A model generated the notes under the pieces. That model made no database searches, was not told the DNA's origin, and saw only the letters and a program-made list of their open reading frames with translations. A stretch of 47,553 bases of DNA from a virus (Duplodnaviria; Caudoviricetes). The position numbers and the translations under genes were made by a program. Of this stretch, positions 9,381 to 19,317 are shown piece by piece; positions within the stretch are counted from its first letter, which is position 1; each line of letters opens with the position of its first letter. The stretch is taken from positions 1-47,553 of IMG/VR virus record IMGVR_UViG_3300020042_006843; one strand, 5' to 3'.

Positions 9381-12300
9381 TTAGGGACACGAACTTCCAC
9401 AGTCAACCACAGTCCAACTTGCTAAATCGGCGAATGGATATGCATATCTTATTGTTGAACAATCTGCACAATCAGGTATGTCTTGATTACCTAATGATGT
9501 AAATTGTTTATAGACTGTACCTGTTGCGGTATCGTATTTCAACCATCCTGTATCTGTTATGTTTATGGTAATTCCTGAGTGATAAATTGATGCGGGAGAT
9601 GAACCTGGCGCTGGTTCTAATACGACATTATTCGTAGCACAGTATCCTGTAAATGTTGCACAATCTACTGCCACATTAAAGAAACCATTATTTGTTGTAC
9701 CACTATTAGAGAACACCCATATACCCTGTGCCACACTATTATCTACATCTGTTGGTCCATCAGATATTCTATCAATAAAATATGAGTTATTATCATCTTG
9801 AAACCAAGGTACATAATTTGGGTCATTATATTCTGTTTCACTAATTTCAGTCATTGTATACGCCCATGTCTCATCACTAGTATTTGTGTAAGATGATGTT
9901 ATTCCACTCACATTACCACCTAACGCACCGACCATGTAGTCATAATATAAAGACCAATAATAATATGTTCTTCTTATTGTATTAAGATTTTCATTACCTA
10001 CAGTATCACCATAAACATTATCTTCAGGATTGAAGAATGTTCTAAATTTGTAAACTATATCATTTTGTTCATTACAATAAACATATTTGAAATATCTTGT
10101 TGGATATGTATTTGGTGTTACATTTGTTTGTACTAACTCTACTGTAGTCAATTCAGGATTAGTTAAATCAAATCCTTCCAATTTGTTAAGATAGAAATAT
10201 TGTTCTTGTATTTTAATAATATCATTAGGTCTCAAGTTCTTTACATCAGATAGTTTTAAATTAAATTGTCCTTGTAAAAATCTTGTGTTCTTATCGTATA
10301 GGTTATTTATTCTATTTGAATAGAATAGTTTATAAGCATCTTGTTCAGTATATGCGTTGAAGGTAGGAATACCTAAACCAATATCATCGGGTTCCTGTGA
10401 ATTGAATAGTATACAGATACTATCATTATTAATCTTGTTTTCATCAGGATTACCATATGGCATTGTATGACTTACCACAGGATTTACCAATGTATAAAAT
10501 GCGTATGTTCTACCATCTGACGAAGCAGGTGCTGGATTGATTCCTGTTGATGGTTGCAATCTAAAGAACATGTTGTTAACTCTAAACGTACCACTATTAC
10601 CAAAATTATAACTCTGACCAACTGTACCCAAGAATGGCGATAAATTACCATTATTAAAAATTAATCTTGGTTTTTGTTTTAGTCCTGTGTATTGCCATCT
10701 AATAACTTCTGAACCATTTTCATTTTCAGGTTTTGATTGACCAGCGTAGTTAATACCCAATGGTATACCAATGTTGTTGTCCCACTTACGAATTACTTCA
10801 GGACTAAAGATTGTATCAATCTTCTTTGTCTGTGATTTAAAATCTGTTGAATTATATACTCTATTCTCTCCGTATATTAATTTATTTCTATCTTTGTATG
10901 TTTTGTTTGCCTCATCACCATCTTCTTGATCTGTAAGAATTAATTCACTCTCAACAAAGTTAAGTGCTGGTTGTACTGTAAATCCTTTATCAAACGATAA
11001 CTTGTCTGTCCAATCATATATTACACCCGTACCAATATAATAGTCATATGATTCAATAATCATCTGATTTGGAACTTCAGGGTCAGGAATAATAACAAGG
11101 TTAAACTTCTTTGCTAAAGAACTAAGAATATCAATTTGTTTAATATTCGTATCAATTACTAAACTAAAATCTACATAATCAATATTATCTTGGAATACTA
11201 CATTTGTATTTGCGGGTTGTGGTTGATAAGCTAATGATGATGTTGATAATCCCACATTTGATACTGATGCGTTATAACCGTAATTCACTGTATATTCTAA
11301 TTGGAATGGACAACCACTACCACAATCCACATATTGATTACTTACCCATGAATATGTTGTACCTGTGGTATTTGGTGGAATACTTACAACTTGTGTTGAT
11401 GGTATTGAACCTCCACCATAACATGGATAAAATTCAAAATCTAACGCAACGTTGATTTGTTGTGAACATAACGCAGGGATACCTGTTCCTTTTTTTACTA
11501 CGTATATTGTATAAGTTCTATCTGTTCTAATATATTGTGTACCACAAGGGAATGAACTTGTATCTTCAAATGTTTCAACCAATAATACATCAACACCTTC
11601 TAATGTTAATGTTTGAGCAACCGGTGTTCTATAACCGAATTTAGTTCCATCAAAAGAATAGAACCCATACATGTATAATAATTTAAACCATGGTGTTTCA
11701 AAAAACTCTGATTTAATTGTATATCCATAGTTGTTAAACATTAATTGAATTAATGCGTACATGTTAAGACCAGGTTTTAACTGATTGTCTAATATTGGAT
11801 TTAATGGTGAATTAATTCTATAATCGGCAGTAGTGGTATTTGCTGCAGTGTATGCTGAATATGATGGATATGAACCAATTTGGTTTGATGATATGTATAA
11901 TCTTGTTTGACTATCAACAGTTGAACCACTTTGATTAACAGTATTACCTGTATATAAATAACCATTATGTACAACAGGATACATCCATAGTGATGGAACA
12001 ATATAAGGAGTTTGTAATGAGTTATAACTCCAAGTTGATGCAACATTATACATGTTGAAATAATGATTGAAGTGCCAATGAGCATCATTGTAATCTAAAT
12101 CTTTTAAAAGATTATTACCCATTTGACCATATAAGTCTGCTACAATTGAATAAAGAGTTACATCATACTCAACCTTAGAATTAAGTACTGATACCTTATT
12201 TAACCTCATGTATCCACTAAAATACTTTTGGTCATCCATTAGTATATCTATGTTAACACGACGTGTTACATCGAAGTATAATGAGTTTGTATCCACATTA

Positions 12301-12938
12301 AAATAACTCTCAAAGAACGCATTGTTCTTCTTAGAGCCAGGTAATGATAATCCAACTGAATAGTCTGAGTTTCTTTTACCAACGTCTTGTAACTCTGCGA
12401 AAGATTTATTTAATTTAATTGGTATATCTGTATATAAATCTAAAGTATCATAACTTAATACTTCACTTGATAATGTTTCATTATCAGGTACTAAATAAAA
12501 ATTAAATGTACTTCCTGTTGGTATACTGGATGCTGCTACAGCGATAACTTCATCATTTTGTACCTTGAAACTACCTACTAAATCAGTTTGACCAAATTCT
12601 TCAAATCCACCAAATCCGATTTTTTTAAAATTGCTATCAGCAACTCTTATTCCAAATTGATATTGTGTATAAACATTTTCAAATGTTGGTGGTGCAATCA
12701 TGTCTACATTATAATAAAATGTACCTGTACCACCTGTAACTAACATGTTAAAAAACCAAGAACTACGTGATGCTCCACTACTTGTTGTTACACCTGTAAA
12801 TGGTGAAGTTTCAGTACCACTACCTGAGTATGTTACGTTTCCACTGCCTATTCTACTTAATGATGTTGTACCTGTAATTTCAATACCCGAAGGTATGTTC
12901 GTCTGTACTCTGAGTACGGTTTGTTGTTGTTGAGCCAT
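9381..12938 (-). CDS. Large tail-tip/baseplate hub protein, copy A
   Basis: 1185 aa; [37 protein letters not shown] motifs shared with 40655-45322; lies in the tail gene cluster. Confidence 0.7.
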   Translation of the reverse strand: MAQQQQTVLRVQTNIPSGIEITGTTSLSRIGSGNVTYSGSGTETSPFTGVTTSSGASRSSWFFNMLVTGGTGTFYYNVDMIAPPTFENVYTQYQFGIRVADSNFKKIGFGGFEEFGQTDLVGSFKVQNDEVIAVAASSIPTGSTFNFYLVPDNETLSSEVLSYDTLDLYTDIPIKLNKSFAELQDVGKRNSDYSVGLSLPGSKKNNAFFESYFNVDTNSLYFDVTRRVNIDILMDDQKYFSGYMRLNKVSVLNSKVEYDVTLYSIVADLYGQMGNNLLKDLDYNDAHWHFNHYFNMYNVASTWSYNSLQTPYIVPSLWMYPVVHNGYLYTGNTVNQSGSTVDSQTRLYISSNQIGSYPSYSAYTAANTTTADYRINSPLNPILDNQLKPGLNMYALIQLMFNNYGYTIKSEFFETPWFKLLYMYGFYSFDGTKFGYRTPVAQTLTLEGVDVLLVETFEDTSSFPCGTQYIRTDRTYTIYVVKKGTGIPALCSQQINVALDFEFYPCYGGGSIPSTQVVSIPPNTTGTTYSWVSNQYVDCGSGCPFQLEYTVNYGYNASVSNVGLSTSSLAYQPQPANTNVVFQDNIDYVDFSLVIDTNIKQIDILSSLAKKFNLVIIPDPEVPNQMIIESYDYYIGTGVIYDWTDKLSFDKGFTVQPALNFVESELILTDQEDGDEANKTYKDRNKLIYGENRVYNSTDFKSQTKKIDTIFSPEVIRKWDNNIGIPLGINYAGQSKPENENGSEVIRWQYTGLKQKPRLIFNNGNLSPFLGTVGQSYNFGNSGTFRVNNMFFRLQPSTGINPAPASSDGRTYAFYTLVNPVVSHTMPYGNPDENKINNDSICILFNSQEPDDIGLGIPTFNAYTEQDAYKLFYSNRINNLYDKNTRFLQGQFNLKLSDVKNLRPNDIIKIQEQYFYLNKLEGFDLTNPELTTVELVQTNVTPNTYPTRYFKYVYCNEQNDIVYKFRTFFNPEDNVYGDTVGNENLNTIRRTYYYWSLYYDYMVGALGGNVSGITSSYTNTSDETWAYTMTEISETEYNDPNYVPWFQDDNNSYFIDRISDGPTDVDNSVAQGIWVFSNSGTTNNGFFNVAVDCATFTGYCATNNVVLEPAPGSSPASIYHSGITINITDTGWLKYDTATGTVYKQFTSLGNQDIPDCADCSTIRYAYPFADLASWTVVDCGSSCP

Positions 12939-12941
12939 AAA

Positions 12942-14555
12942 TTAGAAACCTTTATTTACGAAGAAACCATCCGCGTATTTACAAGTAATTCTATACTTGT
13001 TTAATTTTTGGTGTTTTTTTGTTATTGTCTGAACCTCTGTTGATAGGATTTGGATTGGTCTTAAATCTTTGTATAAGTAATCCTGTCTATCTAAAGGTGA
13101 AACATAATCTTCTTTCATTTCATATACTTGTGGTGAATAGAACAATTGTTCTAACCATCCACCATATTGTACATTTATATAATCACTTTCAATTACAAAT
13201 TCTCTATCTACATTTGTATCAAACGTCTTAACAGTTCTACCAATATTTCTATCGGGTGATTGTTGAGATGTTGAATAATATCTATTATCGTATGACTGTC
13301 TTGTTATCTTCTTTGTGTCTTGTCTGTAAGATGTGAATGTGAAGTAATCATATCCACCTCTGTTATTTAAAAATCCAAGTCTTGTATTCTGAGGACCACA
13401 ATTTAAACCTAAGTAGAAATAGAACGCTTCAGAGATTGGTCCTACCGCACCTTTTGTAATTCTACTTGTATTATTGTATGTTGGATATGAATAGAATATC
13501 TGTACTCTATAATATGCAACATTTGTAAAATCTATTGTTGAGAAGATATTCGTAATGTCTTTTGGTCCACATGGTAATGCAAATATTCTTAAGTTGTCTG
13601 TGTAACCTGTTGGTGATGCGTATGTTGTTCCTGAAAAATTAATCTGTTCTTCAAATGATGTTAACAAAGTATTATTCTCATTGTAAAATTCAAACACCGC
13701 GTAGTCACATTCAATTACTTGTCTATCTCCTGTCTGTCCGTTTAAGTAAAATAATACATAATTTTCGTCATCTTGTATATACTGAATACGAGGTGCGTCA
13801 GTTAAAAATCTTGACGTTTCACTCATCTCGGGTACTGTTGGATAATCAAACAAATACTGTGACATGGGTGATAATAATCTATATCTATCAACCGTATTGA
13901 TTGTCAAACCAGTACCCATGACAGTTCCTAATTCCTGATCAAAGTTGGAAAGAAGGAACTTCTCTCTACCCATCTCAAATGAACCACCAACGTAATCAAA
14001 GAACCTACCTGTGTTGGTAAATCCTGATGCCGTAAATCCTGTACTAGTAGCACAGTATGGTATACTAGTATAATGATTATAATTGTTATTAATACCTTGG
14101 AATGTTGTCGTTGGTGTTGAACCTGTTAGTGGTTCGTAGTATTGAGTAGTACCGACAGAATATCTATATCCATACTTATAATTGGCTTTAATACCATTTG
14201 GATATGGATTGTTAATGTTAATCTTTTCGTTAGTTGAATACCAATCGTTTAAATAGTAATTGGTATAATGTTCTGATTTAATATAATTTGACATGTAGTC
14301 ATATGGTCTTATATTAAATTTGTAGGTATATGTTGAACCTGATTGTGCAACATTATATGGTACAACTGACATTCTACCAACCTTTCTATCATCAGAAAAC
14401 ATGTCAACATCTAATTCCATGGACGGTTGATATGTGCTACCTGTTAAGATAACTTCATATGTTCCACCTCTTTGGTAAATCATGTCAGCACTTCTCCTTA
14501 ATTGGGAGTTGCTATTTATCTCATTTGGGTATTGTATTGGGTATCCGAAACTCAT
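12942..14555 (-). CDS. Tail structural protein (distal-tail-like), copy A
   Basis: 537 aa; FLN.RGG.DYFTF and L..SPQVYE motifs; paralog of 45326-46906. Confidence 0.65.
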   Translation of the reverse strand: MSFGYPIQYPNEINSNSQLRRSADMIYQRGGTYEVILTGSTYQPSMELDVDMFSDDRKVGRMSVVPYNVAQSGSTYTYKFNIRPYDYMSNYIKSEHYTNYYLNDWYSTNEKININNPYPNGIKANYKYGYRYSVGTTQYYEPLTGSTPTTTFQGINNNYNHYTSIPYCATSTGFTASGFTNTGRFFDYVGGSFEMGREKFLLSNFDQELGTVMGTGLTINTVDRYRLLSPMSQYLFDYPTVPEMSETSRFLTDAPRIQYIQDDENYVLFYLNGQTGDRQVIECDYAVFEFYNENNTLLTSFEEQINFSGTTYASPTGYTDNLRIFALPCGPKDITNIFSTIDFTNVAYYRVQIFYSYPTYNNTSRITKGAVGPISEAFYFYLGLNCGPQNTRLGFLNNRGGYDYFTFTSYRQDTKKITRQSYDNRYYSTSQQSPDRNIGRTVKTFDTNVDREFVIESDYINVQYGGWLEQLFYSPQVYEMKEDYVSPLDRQDYLYKDLRPIQILSTEVQTITKKHQKLNKYRITCKYADGFFVNKGF

Positions 14556-14556
14556 A

Positions 14557-15096
14557 TTATAATCCTTCTAATGCTTTTAACAATTCATCGTAACCCGCGT
14601 TTTCAATTAGTCTAGTTATCTCTGTATTTTTTAATATCTTCTCATAAGATATTTCAACAAAGTTTTTTGGTTTGTTTTGATAACCATTTTTAGCAATTGA
14701 ACGAGCAACAACGAATGCTGTGTTTTTTATATTTTTTTCATTCTTAGGTAAAAATCTACCTGTTTTAAAATCTCTTATTCTGAAACTATTTTTCTCTTTA
14801 ATCCATTGTTCTATTGATGGTAAAAACTTACCATCTTTAGGTGAAGCTCCAGGTTTTCTATCTTCAGCCAACCAATAGGCATATGTGTTTGATAATGGTT
14901 TACCGAATGCTTGAATTTGAATAACTTGAACACCTTGTTTATTATCAGTAATCACTGCTTTAATAGAACTTCTTAATCTACCACTTGCAACACGATTGGT
15001 CAAACTCTTTCGGGAACGACCGTATAGGTATACCTTTTCAGATAAACTTTCCTTTACAATGTCTTCAATAATCGGTGCAATTTTACTTAAGTCCAT
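14557..15096 (-). CDS. Putative neck/tail-completion protein, copy A
   Basis: Basic 179 aa with VASGRLRSSI, RKPG, I.QWIK.K, IARSI-like motifs; paralog of 46909-47391. Confidence 0.5.
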   Translation of the reverse strand: MDLSKIAPIIEDIVKESLSEKVYLYGRSRKSLTNRVASGRLRSSIKAVITDNKQGVQVIQIQAFGKPLSNTYAYWLAEDRKPGASPKDGKFLPSIEQWIKEKNSFRIRDFKTGRFLPKNEKNIKNTAFVVARSIAKNGYQNKPKNFVEISYEKILKNTEITRLIENAGYDELLKALEGL

Positions 15097-15258
15097 GTTA
15101 TGATGGGTTTATAATTAAGTAAGCAACTGTGTCTGCGTCTCCGTTATGTGAGGAACCTATTGTAAAAGTACCTGAACCTTTTGATGTAATTGAAACAGAT
15201 GCGTGATTAGTTAAGGTTTGTTTGGTTAAGAATATTAAACTATTTGTTGTAACCAAAC
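15088..15258. repeat. 171-bp exact direct repeat, first copy (= 47383-47553)
   Basis: Base-by-base identical from taagtccatgttatgatggg to ttgttgtaaccaaac; offset 32,295 bp. Confidence 0.95.
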
Positions 15259-17437
15259 TATTTGATACAACCACACTACTTGGACTACCACCATCAAGTA
15301 ACGCTGTTCCCATTGTTGTATTTGAACCTGATGCAAATAATACATTACCTGTAACCGCTAATGAACCTGTTATAATTGTATTACCATTAACATTTAATGA
15401 ACCCGATATACTTGTATTACTTCCACTATCAATTAAGAAACCTGTTCTTCTTGAACCATCTGCTGTTCCTGTTCCAACCGCGAACACAACTGATTGTGCA
15501 TCCTCTAAGTTTGAACCTGTCATGTTGAATCTACCAAAGAACGCTGAACCACCGAATGTACTTACTGTATGTGAGGCGGATACTCTTAAACTATTACCAT
15601 ACATAATTGTAGATAACAAGTTAGAGTTTGATGATGATACAAATGATGATGATATAATTGGACGAGCCCCACCAATCAAGTTACTATTAAAGTTTCTTGT
15701 TAAGTTTGAATTTTGTGAACCTGATACAAATATAGCTGGTCCTGTTCCACCTTGACCACCAAGGAATGTATTATTACCAAATAAAACGTTATTGTTTGCA
15801 ATTGCTGAAGAACTTAAATGGTTATTAACTGTTACTGCTGCATTATTAATGTTTGATATATAAGATATTGAACTACTAATGTGGTTTAATGTAACAGCAG
15901 CATTAAGTATGTTTGATGATATTGCTGGTCTTACGTTCGTTACAAAGTTTTGTGTTGATGTAATACCACCACCATTTAATAAATTAGTAATTAGATTAAG
16001 TGAACCACTATTACTATTAACTGTAATAGTTCCTCCGTATAATGTATTGTTTACAATACTTGGATGACCACCCGTCAAAGACGATGTGGTAAAGTTCAAC
16101 AACATTGCTGAACTAGCACCAATATAGTTGTTAAATGTCTTTGGAAATAATAATGAACCTGTGTTCAAGTATATACCTGCACCATTTGATGCTATTGTAT
16201 TATCTGAACCTGATATATAACCTTGTTGGTCTACACCACCACTATTACCAGTTGCTCTTAATTGTGGCATCGATACAATGTTATTAGAACCTGTAATTCT
16301 TAATGAACCTGTGTAGTTTGCTTGTACAGCACCTACACCAGATGTCGATTGGTTATCACTCCAACCTTTAATAATATTTGATTGACCTAATAAAGAACTT
16401 GTTAAGAAGTTATCAATTGCAACGGTTGTGTTGTTTGATATATCATATAAATTTCCTCTGTTTGTTAATGAACCTGAGTTAATTAATCCAACACCAGGAA
16501 ATACTGGTGAATAGTTTGTATTATTGATTACTCCGTTTTGTATTAATATTGGTGCTGAACCTGTACTTCTAAGTGGTGCTTCAATTTGAATTGTATGACC
16601 TGACATTTCAAAGAACATGAAATGATTGTTTGATGGAAAGTCAGATATTGCAACATCACCTGCAGGACTTGTAGGAACACCTTGAATGTTTAACCATCTA
16701 TTTGAAGAAGGATTTGAACCTGATAAGAATCTAAGTGCTGCTGATGAACCACCAGGATCAGGACTAAATTTAATAGATGAACCTGTTGGCATTACAACAC
16801 TTTGTAACATGGTTACGTTTGTACCAAATGTACTATCCGCATTGAATTTAGTTTGTACAGATGTTTCATATACTGAACCTGTCAGTGCAAAGATACTATC
16901 ACCACTTGTTCCTGCGGTCCCTGATGTTCCACTACTTCCTGATGAACCTGAAGTACCACTTGTTCCTGAAGAACCCGCAACACCACTTGTACCGCTTGTT
17001 CCTGATGAACCTGCAACACCTGATGTCCCACTGTTCCCGATGAACCAGCAACACCGATGTCCACTAGTACCTGAACTTCCGTTCTGTCCTGATGTTCCAC
17101 TACTTCCTGATACTCCACTAGTCCCTGATGAACCTGAAGAACCTGAGGTTCCACTTGTTCCCGAACTACCTGCAACACCACTAGTACCTGAGGTCCCTGA
17201 AGAACCTGCAACACCTGATGTACCTGACGTACCCGAAGTTCCATTTGTGATTGGAACGTTGTTTATAGAAAAAGAACCAGATATGTTTACCTGTGTTCTA
17301 CTTATTTGTAATGGACTATCACCACCCAAACCATCTTCAACGATTTGAAGTGTGTTTGTTAATCCTGTAGTACTGTCCGTTAATTTCAATAATCCTTGAT
17401 AGGATTGTGATACGTATAGATTTGTTAATTGACCCAT
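15098..17437 (-). CDS. Fibre/whisker protein with Gly-X-Y (GTS/GSS/GVA) tract and beta-rich body
   Basis: 779 aa; Gly every third residue over about aa 66-179; Asn/Ser-rich beta region; VFAVGTGT...R..GF motif seen in trimeric fibres. Confidence 0.65.
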   Translation of the reverse strand: MGQLTNLYVSQSYQGLLKLTDSTTGLTNTLQIVEDGLGGDSPLQISRTQVNISGSFSINNVPITNGTSGTSGTSGVAGSSGTSGTSGVAGSSGTSGTSGSSGSSGTSGVSGSSGTSGQNGSSGTSGHRCCWFIGNSGTSGVAGSSGTSGTSGVAGSSGTSGTSGSSGSSGTSGTAGTSGDSIFALTGSVYETSVQTKFNADSTFGTNVTMLQSVVMPTGSSIKFSPDPGGSSAALRFLSGSNPSSNRWLNIQGVPTSPAGDVAISDFPSNNHFMFFEMSGHTIQIEAPLRSTGSAPILIQNGVINNTNYSPVFPGVGLINSGSLTNRGNLYDISNNTTVAIDNFLTSSLLGQSNIIKGWSDNQSTSGVGAVQANYTGSLRITGSNNIVSMPQLRATGNSGGVDQQGYISGSDNTIASNGAGIYLNTGSLLFPKTFNNYIGASSAMLLNFTTSSLTGGHPSIVNNTLYGGTITVNSNSGSLNLITNLLNGGGITSTQNFVTNVRPAISSNILNAAVTLNHISSSISYISNINNAAVTVNNHLSSSAIANNNVLFGNNTFLGGQGGTGPAIFVSGSQNSNLTRNFNSNLIGGARPIISSSFVSSSNSNLLSTIMYGNSLRVSASHTVSTFGGSAFFGRFNMTGSNLEDAQSVVFAVGTGTADGSRRTGFLIDSGSNTSISGSLNVNGNTIITGSLAVTGNVLFASGSNTTMGTALLDGGSPSSVVVSNSLVTTNSLIFLTKQTLTNHASVSITSKGSGTFTIGSSHNGDADTVAYLIINPS
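16900..17242 (-). repeat. Low-complexity SGTSG/SGVAG coding repeat
   Basis: 9-nt-period repeats encoding (G-T-S/G-S-S/G-V-A)n. Confidence 0.9.
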
Positions 17438-17458
17438 GTTATTTTAATATTGTTTTTA

Positions 17459-18466
17459 TTATACTTTGCTCCATTGTTTAGATATTTCATTCCATAATTC
17501 AGCAAGTTCATACCATTTTTTACCTTCTGTTACAAATGGTTTTTCAGGAAGAACACATCTGTTATAATCAAATGGTTGAGTTATTTGTAATGACATTCTC
17601 CAACCTGTTAAGACATGATCATACTCATCAAAAAATGGAGTAACATTAGCACCCCATATACTTTCATACTCACTCAAATACAAAACTGTAAAGACATCCT
17701 TACATATTTCTAATGTATCTGACATCACATCTCTTTGGTTTGATAAATCATCTTCCAAGACATCACTTATAATTATATCAAAGTTGTATAATAACTCATT
17801 CCTTGCTAATGTCGTTTCCCTTGGAACAACATATAGTCTTGGAAATAAAGGTGTCACCATAGTTTGATTATCCATGTTTAATTGTGATTCACTTCCAAAT
17901 CCAAATGAATTAACTTGAAGGTGTGTGTTTGCAATCTGTTTGAAGTCTTCTACAACTTGTTTATAGTTTACAACATTCACCGATGTTGGTAATGATAATC
18001 CTGAGAATGGTAGAACACATGAATTGTAATCAAATGGTTGACTGATTCTTAGATTTAAAGTAACACCACCAAGGACCGTATCAAATCTTTCAAGGAATGG
18101 GATACAGTTAGGACCAAATTCTGGTTCATAGTCAATTGAAAAATCACCATACTGTGCTGTATATGATTGATATAGGATTGTAAAAATATCCTTTGCAATT
18201 TCCATGCAATCAGAAATCACATCCGCTTCATTTGATAAGTCATCCTCAATTCTATCACATATAATAATAGAAAGATTATATTGTAATACATTCTGATTAA
18301 GTAAAACTTGGCCAGGGACTACGTACATCTTCGTGTAAACGGGTGATACGATAGTCTCATTATCCATCGTCAATTGTGATAAATCACCGAAACCAAATGA
18401 ATTGATTTGTAAATGATGGTAGGCGATACCTGATAAGTCTTGTATGATTTGTTTAAAATTTACCAT
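17459..18466 (-). CDS. Putative tail terminator/completion protein with an internally duplicated domain
   Basis: Two ~150-aa halves, each with VN[FY]KQ..., HLQ.NSFGFG, EDDLSN, KD.FT.LY, QPFDYN.CVLP. The function is inferred from position and domain size. Confidence 0.55.
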   Translation of the reverse strand: MVNFKQIIQDLSGIAYHHLQINSFGFGDLSQLTMDNETIVSPVYTKMYVVPGQVLLNQNVLQYNLSIIICDRIEDDLSNEADVISDCMEIAKDIFTILYQSYTAQYGDFSIDYEPEFGPNCIPFLERFDTVLGGVTLNLRISQPFDYNSCVLPFSGLSLPTSVNVVNYKQVVEDFKQIANTHLQVNSFGFGSESQLNMDNQTMVTPLFPRLYVVPRETTLARNELLYNFDIIISDVLEDDLSNQRDVMSDTLEICKDVFTVLYLSEYESIWGANVTPFFDEYDHVLTGWRMSLQITQPFDYNRCVLPEKPFVTEGKKWYELAELWNEISKQWSKV

Positions 18467-18490
18467 TATTAATAAATATCGTTGGGGTTG

Positions 18491-18792
18491 TTATATTTTA
18501 CTTAATTGTTGTTTTTGTTGTTTAATCATTTCTTTGTCCTTTTCAATAAGGTACGTAAGTTGATTGAGAATTTCCACCAAGGTTTTTTGGAGGACTTGTT
18601 CATGTCTTGTAATATCGTCTTTAGTAAGTCTGTTGATAACGACGTACCATCCGAATCTTTGTTCAAAGCTAGGGTTTTTAGAATCTTCCTGTAACGCCAT
18701 ATCAATTTTATGCTGTCTTTCAGGGTCGGGGTCGTAGTCAAAGACGATTGGGTATGTTGTAAGAATTTCTCTGCGAACATGGTAAAAAAAAA
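18491..18792 (-). CDS. -1 frameshift extension (GT-like) of tail assembly chaperone
   Basis: The -1 frame is open from the T9 run (18784-18792) to TAA 18491: YHVRREILTTYPIVF...FEQRFGWYVVINRLTKDDI...LTYLIEK. Confidence 0.7.
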
Positions 18793-19317
18793 CTGTGCTC
18801 CTAAAAAGTACCTTATATCTAATTGTTTTTTAAATAACTCAGCCCGTTGGACCATCGTATCTGTGTTGTATTTTTCAATCTCATACTCAGGTTTTGTTGG
18901 GTCAGTTATAATTGGTCTATACATGATGGCGGTTAGTATATGTATATAATCTAAAAACTCATTTCCCTTTTTATTCATAAGGGTATCCAAATCCACAAAC
19001 TCACCAAATGAAACTTTCTTCCATGATGGTAAGAAACCATAATCAACATTATCAATTTGGAATCTGTCATAGAATTTTGGTTGGTCATCCTGTGGGACCA
19101 AACTCATGATGTAGGTTGCAAGATAATGGATGTGTTGATAGTTCACTTCAATCAAATCATCTATCGGTGCATCAGACATGATGTTAATTAACTTAGCAGC
19201 AAAATACTCATCACTTAATAAGTCCTTAACCTTATACATCTTTACATAATTTTCAATACTCATGAAATTAGGTAATTCATATTCCTTTCCGTCTATTTCA
19301 AAATTTACATCTCTCAT
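18526..19317 (-). CDS. Tail assembly chaperone (G-like)
   Basis: YGFLP...SFGEFVDLD...AIMYRP...FFF slippery run, followed by an overlapping -1 ORF. Confidence 0.65.
   Translation of the reverse strand: MRDVNFEIDGKEYELPNFMSIENYVKMYKVKDLLSDEYFAAKLINIMSDAPIDDLIEVNYQHIHYLATYIMSLVPQDDQPKFYDRFQIDNVDYGFLPSWKKVSFGEFVDLDTLMNKKGNEFLDYIHILTAIMYRPIITDPTKPEYEIEKYNTDTMVQRAELFKKQLDIRYFLGAQFFFTMFAEKFLQHTQSSLTTTPTLKDSIKLIWRYRKILKTLALNKDSDGTSLSTDLLKTILQDMNKSSKKPWWKFSINLRTLLKRTKK

Noticed and set aside
15088-15258. 171-bp repeat at a fibre C-terminus as a DGR template/variable pair
   Set aside because: The copies are identical with no adenine-specific mismatches, and there is no reverse transcriptase in the window.
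16686-17348. 220-aa plus-strand VPEVP ORF and other long antisense ORFs (e.g. 1446-1904, 15222-15755, 38746-39231)
   Set aside because: They are shadows of minus-strand genes and low-complexity repeats, with no independent signals.
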